DNA of 20,000 nt. Origin: an uncultured virus (IMG/VR IMGVR_UViG_3300031760_000037). Lineage: Duplodnaviria; Heunggongvirae; Uroviricota; Caudoviricetes. A model generated the notes under the pieces. The model was not told where the DNA came from, made no database searches, and saw only the letters and a list, made by a program, of their open reading frames with translations. The position numbers and the translations under genes were made by a program. Shown one piece after another: positions 9,373-17,042 of this stretch; position 1 is the first letter of the stretch, and every line of letters begins with the position of its first letter. The stretch lies in IMG/VR virus record IMGVR_UViG_3300031760_000037; one strand, 5' to 3'.

Positions 9373-10507
9373 TTGAATTGTGATGGTTAGGTGATAAAGG
9401 TTTTATATTTTTTAGTGGTGTTCTATTAGTGATATTAAAGTCTTCAATCAGCTGTGCTTTAAATGTCCCGTCTGGTTGTTTGATATTAAGTGAACGTACG
9501 TGCTGATTAAATCTGATAGGTTCAGGTGTGGATGATGATATTGTTGTAGGTGTGGATGGTGCGCTGATAGGTGCACCATACTTAATTATATTTTTCAGTC
9601 TTTTAATTCCAGAACGGATTTGAATAGGTGAGAATTCATTATAATTATATTTCATAAAGTGTCTTATAAGATGCGTTTCTGAAACTCTATTAAAGTCTAT
9701 GTATTTATAGATGTCTCTATCTACCAGTGGAACTTTGATATCTTTCAAGTGGTAAGTTGGATGGTCTTTATCTATTGGTGGAATCTCAAGGAAGGTTATA
9801 TTATCTGATACTAGATTATGTATAACTGGTATTTCAGATAATGAATAGCTTGGTCAATAATCTTTAGTAAACTTTTGTGGTAAGTCTTTAAATCTATATG
9901 TCCAAAGTTTAGCTTCACAATCTAAAGGTCTATTAGTCCGATCAAGTTTAGTATATGAATTAGTATGTGGATAATAGTTAGCATAATTCTGTCGTGGGTT
10001 TTTACGTTTTATATCTACGATAAAGTTTATATTATCTACACTGTAATCAATGTCTCTAACTAATTCATTTGCTTCTGTGCAAGGAATTAAGAACGGACAA
10101 TTATCTAAGTATCTTCACTGCAATGTCCGTTGTTCATATGTAGGGAACGGGAATGGTAGTAATATAAAGTTAGTGGATGGTGAGATACATATTGTTTCTG
10201 CTGTAGGAAACAATAATGTCAGGTCCTTTAATGGTCGAAAATAATTTGAGTATTGTTTGTCAAATAGAATGGAATAATATTCAACTAGCAAGGATACTGT
10301 TTGCTTAGATTTTTTTTGTGGTCAAAACGAACTGGGTTTTGTGGTTGTATTTTGTTTGAAAAAATTTTTCAGTTTAGTTATGTTTGGAGTGGCATACATT
10401 TTTAGTCGCTCCATATTTTTTTTGTCTTGATAGAATTGATATGGTTTCATTAAGTGTTTCGTATTGATATAAAATAGGTGGGAACTGGATGTTGTTATCC
10501 ATAGCAT
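9365..10507 (-). CDS. hypothetical protein, 380 aa, Pro/Thr-rich
   Basis: joins track ORFs 10322-10507 and 9365-9748 in one frame through TGA codons; overlaps the nuclease start. Confidence 0.8.
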
Positions 10508-10645
10508 ATAGATATGTTTTCTAATTGCAAGCTAAAGTGTCTTGAGAAGTCTCGTGTAGGGGTTATTTCAGATGAGACCTGGCAAGTATATATGTATATT
10601 ATATATCTATATATATATTATAAGTATCGTAGAAATATTATTATT

Positions 10646-10673
10646 ATTATATATAGTAAATACGAAATGTCAA
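10646..10673 (-). promoter_or_regulatory. sigma70-type promoter
   Basis: exact TTGACA-N16-TATAAT pointing at the 10507 gene. Confidence 0.7.
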
Positions 10674-10719
10674 ATTTAAACATTTGTTTAAAACATAGGT
10701 GAGAACTGGTATATCTATG

Positions 10720-10856
10720 TTGACATATAGGAAGAGAGTATTACTTATCTTGACAATATATTAAAAAAAATTACTAATATATATGTAAAAATAGATAATA
10801 CTGTATATACGTATTGACATATAGATAATAAAAAGTACATAATGTATTGACATATA
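10720..10856 (+). repeat. four TTGACA(TATA) boxes in a very AT-rich non-coding block
   Basis: TTGACATATAG 10720, TTGACAATATA 10750, TTGACATATAG 10814, TTGACATATAT 10847. Confidence 0.7.
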
Positions 10857-10994
10857 TACAAACGTATGTAGCTCAATAAATTAATTATTATATTATACCT
10901 ATTTTTTATATATAGGTATATAAAATTGCATATGCTACGCCAGGTCCAATAAGGGAAATACCCTACACTAAAAATATCAAACATATTAATGACA

Positions 10995-11031
10995 AGGTAT
11001 GAACGTCCGTGTGTTAGGTCTCTTGTACCAG
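10995..11031. repeat. dispersed copy of the 6025-6099 repeat unit
   Basis: AGGTATGAACG-N15-TCTTGTACCAG versus AGGTATGAACG-N14-TCTTGTACCAG at 6062-6097. Confidence 0.75.
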
Positions 11032-11065
11032 TTTCCAAATGTCAAGTCCTAACAAGTTACATAGC

Positions 11066-11096
11066 AAAAGGGACACAAGTCAAGCTTGTGTCCCTT
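11066..11096 (-). terminator. intrinsic terminator
   Basis: perfect 12-bp stem AAGGGACACAAG/CTTGTGTCCCTT, 4 nt after TAG11101. Confidence 0.85.
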
Positions 11097-11100
11097 AGGT

Positions 11101-11232
11101 CTAACCTATGATGATGAACTCAGAACGGTCTAGGGTTCTAACCACTCATTTGTGGTTGATGAATTTCCATAGTCCGTCTCTGCACCTTGTGATGCGAATC
11201 AAGTTCCCGTCTTTTAACTTAGCGATATACAT
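11101..11232 (-). CDS. small basic hypothetical protein, 43 aa
   Basis: MYIAKLKDGNLIRITRCRDGLWKFINHKGVVRTLDRSEFIIIG followed by a terminator. Confidence 0.7.
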
Positions 11233-11292
11233 TTTGTTTGTGTAAATATAAAAGGTAAAATGTCAAGTGGATACGAAAAAAAGCTACACTCC

Positions 11293-11532
11293 CTAAGCGG
11301 GAATGTAGCTGTAGTTAACTTCCTTGATAAAATCGTGGAAGTAAACTGTACCGCTCTTATAATTGAAGATACGATACATTGGTCTTTTGTTCTGCCAAAC
11401 TGTATACTCTGTATACTTTTCAGCTTCCTTTACTTGAGATGCGTTTTTCTTCGCAAACTCTAAAGCCTTGATTGCTTGCTCCTTAGTCAAGACTTTCTTA
11501 GTAAAATTTCTAGTGTTTTGTGTAGTAGCCAT
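11293..11532 (-). CDS. basic hypothetical protein, 79 aa
   Basis: track ORF, ATG..TAG, preceded by the promoter motif and leader RNA. Confidence 0.8.
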   Translation of the reverse strand: MATTQNTRNFTKKVLTKEQAIKALEFAKKNASQVKEAEKYTEYTVWQNKRPMYRIFNYKSGTVYFHDFIKEVNYSYIPA

Positions 11533-11557
11533 TTTCGTAAAAAAACAGAATAATAAA

Positions 11558-11603
11558 AAGCCTGGCTATCCTACGGGACAAACCGATTTCTTTCACCAGG
11601 CTT
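11558..11603 (-). ncRNA. putative structured 5'-leader RNA motif, copy B
   Basis: AAGCCUGG-UGAAAGAAAUCGGU-UUGUC-CCGUAG-GAUAG-CCAGGCUU then UUUAUUAU. Confidence 0.6.
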
Positions 11604-11642
11604 GTGTGTGTAGTAGATTTGTGTGTAGAACCTACATTAAAT

Positions 11643-11673
11643 GGTAGCTTAAATCTTTCCGCATATCCAGGGG
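11643..11673 (-). promoter_or_regulatory. CCCCTG-box promoter-like motif, copy 5
   Basis: CCCCTG-N16-TAAGCTACC; shares CCCCTGGATA and CC(R)TTTAATGT with copy 3. Confidence 0.65.
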
Positions 11674-11674
11674 T

Positions 11675-11830
11675 TTATAAGCAAACTCATAGTGTATACT
11701 CAATGAGTACAAATATGAGAATACCTATAAAACAAGTTGATAGCATAAATACTGCTTGCTCGTCTGACTTGAACACTACCATTCAAGCACAGATTAAACA
11801 AGCAAGCACGAATAATAATAGTGTAACCAT
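11675..11830 (-). CDS. small two-TM membrane protein, 51 aa
   Basis: MVTLLLFVLACLICAGMVVFKSDEQAVFMLSTCFIGILIFVLIEYTLGVCL. Confidence 0.7.
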
Positions 11831-11864
11831 TCTTCATTCAATAGGATATAAAACTACACACTTC

Positions 11865-11895
11865 GGTTGCTTGAAAATTATTATTCATTCAGGGG
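11865..11895 (-). promoter_or_regulatory. CCCCTG-box promoter-like motif, copy 6
   Basis: CCCCTG-N16-CAAGCAACC upstream of the ATG at 11830. Confidence 0.55.
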
Positions 11896-12020
11896 TTCTT
11901 ACTAGTGGCTACTGGCTTGTACCTGTTGTTAAAAGCTACACACTTGTACCTGTCTTATACATTATGATCTTATTTATTACTATAGTCTGCTCCGCAGAAT
12001 ACAGCGTATATATAGAGTAT

Positions 12021-12149
12021 ATAAGACATAAGATATAAGACCATAAGACCCCCATAATAAATTAAAAAATACGAAGTATTGTTCCTCTCAAAATTTCGGG
12101 ATTTTCCCATTATGGCCAAAAAAAATTTCCGATTTTTCCTATTATGGCC
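12021..12149. repeat. short tandem ATAAGA(C/T) x4 and a 28-bp imperfect direct repeat x2
   Basis: ATAAGAC-ATAAGAT-ATAAGACC-ATAAGACC (12021-12050); AAAATTTCGGGATTTTCCCATTATGGCC (12090) and AAAATTTCCGATTTTTCCTATTATGGCC (12122). Confidence 0.8.
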
Positions 12150-12177
12150 TTCCATTCCCTGGCATGAGCCTGGCGAG

Positions 12178-12241
12178 TGATTTCACTTGCGTGAAATCAA
12201 TCAACTTTCTCTTGACACGCCAAACCATTTTGTTATATAAC
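12178..12241 (+). promoter_or_regulatory. sigma70-like promoter with upstream palindrome
   Basis: TGATTTCAC-TTGC-GTGAAATCA (12178-12199); TTGACA 12212-12217; TGTTATATAAC 12231-12241; ATG only a few nt later (near-leaderless). Confidence 0.55.
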
Positions 12242-12246
12242 ATCAT

Positions 12247-12783
12247 ATGAAAGAGTTCACGCGAATAGAAGATTTAACCGAGAGGATGATCGTCCGAGAG
12301 CGTAAAACATCAGTGCAATCAAAGACTGCCCATCCCAACAGATATACCAGTCCAGCGTACGCGCTGAAAAAAAGATTGGATGTTTTGTGAGCGCGTATTG
12401 GAAGGACAGTGTCTTCCGACACTGCCTCTCCATCCTTCCGATATGTAAACAATGCAGATGCATGGACTCTTATCGTAGCCGAGTATGACAGGGTATTAAC
12501 TGATGTGTATAATGTTATAATGTACATCATCACCCTGGACAGATATACCTCGACAGTCACGCATAACCGTGGATATTATTGCAGAAAGAAAAAGCAGCTA
12601 TACTGGAATCTCAAATCGGAGTATACTGCTAATCCTAAGCAACTGTATCCATTTCGGGATGTAGCACGGGATCGGTTCTTCACAAACACAAACTCCATAC
12701 CATCCACAAAGTGAAGAATCCCCTTAAATAATTATCTTTTTAATTACTTAATGAAATTGCAAGATGAGCAAAAAAGCAAGTAA
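12247..12783 (+). CDS. hypothetical protein, 178 aa
   Basis: ATG12247..TAA12783, extends track ORF 12409-12714 through TGA on both sides. Confidence 0.75.
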
Positions 12784-13390
12784 AGCAGCACCTTCTGTTC
12801 CAGAAACATCTGCTTCACATCAACCTTACATCACTCTTCCAGGATCAGCATTCTTCGATCAGGAATTAGGAGATGTAATTTATAACAAGCTAATGAAAGC
12901 TCCAGTGAAAGATTACCAAGTTCTTCTATGGCTATCTAAGCTAGGATCAACTGTGAATAATATCGCAAAAGAACTTGTTGTTGAAAGAGATAAAATCGCA
13001 GAAGAGGTTGGATTTGATAAATCAGTTCTTCAAGGAGCACTTACTCCAGAAATGCTAAACTCTGCTGAATATCAAGAAAAATCAAAGAAGTTCTGAGAAT
13101 TACTTCAAGAAAGAATCTTCAGTAAAACATTCTGTCTTGAACCACTTGGATGCTTACACCTTGATTTAACTAATCCTGACGGACATGCAAAGAGCTTTCT
13201 TGAATGAGCAAACCTATCTGCTGATGATTTGCTTAAGCTTTGAGAAGCTGGAATTCTAAGCATCACTGAGGATCCTGCAACTGAAATTTGAACTCCAGTT
13301 CCAGCCAAAGAAGAAGAAAAAAAAACAGAAGAGGTCAGCGAAGAAAAAACAGGCGAGGCTGACGATATTTTAGTTCCTAATGATAAATAG
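12764..13390 (+). CDS. hypothetical protein, 208 aa, acidic tail (weak resemblance to DUF1617-like phage proteins)
   Basis: track ORF 12764-13096 continues ...KKFGELLQERIF...GANLSADDLLKLGEAGIL... to TAG13390. Confidence 0.85.
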
Positions 13391-13392
13391 AT

Positions 13393-13728
13393 ATGAAGAC
13401 ATGATTACCTATTGTAGATAAATTCGATTATCCATTTAATGATATGATCAGATGAGTGGAGACATGGCAAGCATGAGAAAAGACAACTATATGTTTAGTT
13501 ACTCTTGATAACTGACATGAAGTTGTGTGATATGCTCATTGTATGAATGCAGACAACTATGACTTCGAAATCTGAAAAGAAGAAGCATATAAAAATGCCT
13601 GTGATAAAATCTGGGATATATATGCATTCTTGTATGCTGAAAATAATTGCGATGAAGATGATGATGAAGAAGACGACGACAGTCTTATTCATCACATTTG
13701 TTGCAAAGCTAAACACTGACACAAATAA
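13393..13728 (+). CDS. phage N4 gp49 / Sf6 gp66 family protein, 111 aa (possible Acb4-like nucleotide sponge)
   Basis: KTTICLVTLDNGHEVVGYAHCMNADNYDFEIGKEEAYKNACDKIWDIYAFLY matches the family pattern T.C.L.L.NG..V.G...C....N(F/Y)D.EIG...A..NA..KIW; three conserved Gly are TGA. Confidence 0.8.
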
Positions 13729-13758
13729 TTATTTATTATTTAACAACCTTATTTAACA

Positions 13759-14067
13759 ATGAAAGAACTATCAAAGAAAGATATTGTAAAATATCTTCGT
13801 GATGAGGAATTCGTCCTCACTAAAAAAGATGCAAACATGATTGTAGATGCAGTATTTGATTATGTAAAATCTACACTCCTAACTCATTTAAAATCAGGAG
13901 AAGATGTGAGATTATCTATAAAATGATTCGGATCATTCTTCACCTACACAAAGCCAGGACAGAAGAAGTATAATCCACATACACGTTCTTACCAGAACGC
14001 ACCTACAAGAAGAATTGTAAAATTTAAGAGATCTAAATTTTTATCTCATCCACAAGCTAAATACTAA
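13759..14067 (+). CDS. hup: HU/IHF-family DNA-binding protein, 102 aa
   Basis: LSKKDIV...LTKKDANMIVDAVFDYV...GEDVRLSIKGFGSF...YNPHT...RRIVKFKRSK. Confidence 0.9.
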
Positions 14068-17039
14068 TGGCACTAACACGAGCAGAATTAGAAGGAAATG
14101 CAGAAGAGCGTATGACTCATGAAGTTGACGAGAATGGAGAGTCACTTCCAGAAGAATGACAGTTCGACTCGAGAATAGAACGGGTTGTATCTATGAATTC
14201 TGCAAATCCAAAAGCTCAAGATGTGTCATCACCAGAAGCAAGAACCCAGAGATACGCAAAACGTTTTCCCTGGGTTCTAAAGAACTGGAAAAGAAAACAA
14301 GTGATGTATGACTGAGACCAGTCATTCATTAACGAAACTGTAGAACCATATTATGCTTCACGCTGGTATGAACAAAATAAAATCAACAAGAGAGATGTTA
14401 AAGAAATGTTCTTTGGTGATTTTGAGGTTTTTACTTTGTTCATGCAGGCAAGTCCTACTCCTAACTCCAATGCTCCCACTCTTCCTCAATGAAAGAATGT
14501 GACAACAGAGTTTGCAGAATTTCTATGACTGCTAACATCTCAACGTATCTTAAAAGAAAAAAACTTTAGAGTGTGGCAAACTATACTTCAAATCTACGAT
14601 CTCTATGAAATAGAGAATCCAGATCCAATACCAAACATCCATTTTTTTAAACATAAAACTAATTTAGAAAAAAGAAGGATTGCATCAAATAGACCTAAAA
14701 CTATTCATGATGTAATATCAAAACATCCAGTAGATACTTGAAGAATAACATCACCTGAAATACTTGAAGCAAAAGATGAAAAGCTAATTGAATTCTTAAA
14801 GAATAATGCACGTGACTTATATAAAATCTATGAAAAAGCTTCGGCTATTCCAGATGATGCACCTATGCACAAAAAGGATTTGAAGCTTGCATCCTACGAG
14901 AGAATCATAAAATTATTTAATGAAAGATTCTCAACTCCTGGTTCAAGACTGGATTGAGCTAACACTGACTATATTCCACCAGAGGAAGATGTCAATGCAC
15001 TGGATCGAGAAGATGCTCCACTTAGAGAAGCAGCAAACTATCCAGCAATATCATGAATGAGTATCACTGAAATTCAGGAACTCTGTGCAATGAAAGATTT
15101 TCTAGAATGAAGATTTAAGTTTAAACCACAGATATTAAAATGAAAAGTTATTCAAGAACCATATCAAAATGTGGAACTATCAACACAAGTTGTTACAGAT
15201 CCTAAATCTCCTAACTATAATAACCCTATTAAAATATTCTGACATCATACTTCATCAGTACGTTTTGCTATGTTCTGAGAAGAAAAATATTACAAGCGTA
15301 TTAGACCTTGACAGACATTGCAACCATGGCAATGGATAGCAAAGCTATACAAAGGTTGGGTTACAACTGTAGTTGCTCCACGTAGATGATGAAAATCTTA
15401 CCGAGCGATTGACGAAGCTGTCGAAATGTTTACATCTGACACACAGGAAAGAAGTCGTCCAATCCGTGTATTGTTTGTCTGAATCAACACGAAGAAGCTA
15501 AAGACAGTTATCAAGTACCTTCTCTCATTTACAAAGCAATTCACTGCTGCATGATATTTCGATCGGGAAGCATCTAAGAATATAATGCACTATCGTAAAA
15601 AAGAATCAAATAAGAAAGCTACCGAAGCTGATGACCTTTGAACTATCGAATTCATCTGATCAAAAGATGAAGATGCATGAGTCTGAGATTATGCTGACCT
15701 CATCATCATAGATGAGTGTGAAAGAATTGATGAGAATGTGTGGGAAGATATCATGCCTATCATCACTAACGAATGAGCAAGATGTATTCTAATATCAACA
15801 CTAAATAAGAATTCTCAAAAGACATGGTTCTATCAACAACTTGTGCAAGGTGAGACTGAGGAATTACAGCGCAATCTTACAAACCAAGATGTAGTAACAG
15901 TAATCTATGAGAAGTGGAACAAACGGGTTCAGCCTGTAATTGACAAAGTAGAAGCTATTGAAAAAGAGACAGGTAAATCTGTACCGTTTGATGAATGGAT
16001 TAACTGGATAGATATTGATGCAATGAGTTCTGATATGAGATATGCAAGGCAGTGGGTATGATTAAGATTCACTGGTGAAGATACTGATCTGAAAACAGAG
16101 CAGGAGAAAGCCTATGCAAGAGATAGGTTAAGATGAACTAAAGCATATTATCCAGAATGGCGGGCTATCTTTCCAGAAGATACAGGAGTTTATGATTATG
16201 AGAGTTCAATAAAAGACAAGAACTATTTTGAATGAAAGCAATATAACTATGTAGTCCTAGCTTATGATCCTGCTGAAAGTAAAGATAAGGCAGCATTGGT
16301 GTATATGTGATATGATGACATCGCAAGGAAGATTGAAGTCTTCCACACAGAAAAACTACCTAACAACTATACTTATCATGGACCATTCATCCAAAGAGCA
16401 TTACAGGATTTACAACATAGAGTAGATCGTTCTACTCTTGCTGAATGAGTTTGAGCTGAACAAAGAGTATTCTTTGCATACGACTTTAACTGAGTTGGAC
16501 AATGACTAGAACCATTCTTCCAAGAATGTAAAGTGAGAATAGATTTGAAAGTGAGATTCACTGGACAGTGAGCAATAACTAAGAAATGAATAAACCACAA
16601 TGTTCCAAAAGAGTTATTGGTTAATATGCTTCAGAACACAATGGATCATGGAGCATTGGTTATCAATCAAGAATGTCTAGAGTTCATCGAAGAACTTGAC
16701 CACTACAAATCTTATTATAATCCTGACACATGAAATACAAAGTACCAAGCAGAAGCAGGAGCTAGTGATGACTTCGTATCTGCTGCAATGATAGGTACTT
16801 ACTTTATCCTTGAATATATGTGAGAAAAATATAATATAACAAAAAACGAGATAGAGCAGGCTATTGATCCAGAAATGATAACTCCATCTGTAGCTAATAT
16901 GTTCGATGAAGTAGAAAGAATTGTTATGCAAGGAGTTAACAATTGAAAAACTGTTCAACAAGTTATTGATGAATATAATGGTCGCTCCCAACGAAACAAT
17001 TTGAAAAGGAAAGATGTTTTATCTCAATTCTGATATTAA
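14067..17039 (+). CDS. terL: terminase large subunit with long N-terminal extension, 990 aa
   Basis: LQPWQ Q-motif, Walker A VAPRRGGKSY, Walker B DLIIIDECE, coupling motif LISTLN, RNase H-like nuclease VLAYDPAESKD, YDFNGVGQG, DDFVSA; no TAA/TAG in frame. Confidence 0.93.
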
Positions 17040-17042
17040 CGA

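Noticed and set aside
365..10702. Plus-strand track ORFs in the left arm (365, 2391, 3677, 3843, 4370, 7246, 8254, 10050, 10514)
   Set aside because: Antisense shadows of real minus-strand genes, or low-complexity AT-rich sequence, with unnatural composition
11097..11160. Possible hammerhead ribozyme or structured RNA (ATGATGA plus short hairpins)
   Set aside because: No CUGAUGA/GAAA core in the correct stem context; explained by the 43-aa minus-strand ORF and its terminator
10745..12155. Track ORFs 10745-11038(-), 11260-11463(+), 11604-12038(+), 11970-12155(-)
   Set aside because: They run across repeats, promoters and opposite-strand genes; Y/I/F-rich low-complexity translations
15387..15392. 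TGA=Trp (genetic code 4, Mycoplasma-like)
   Set aside because: It would give PRRWWKS in Walker A and KWFGSF in HU; Gly is required at these positions
14067..17039. Intein or intron explaining the terminase length
   Set aside because: No intein splice motifs or homing endonuclease signature seen; the extra length is N-terminal to the ATPase, plus a short ~65-aa helical insert near 15843-16050
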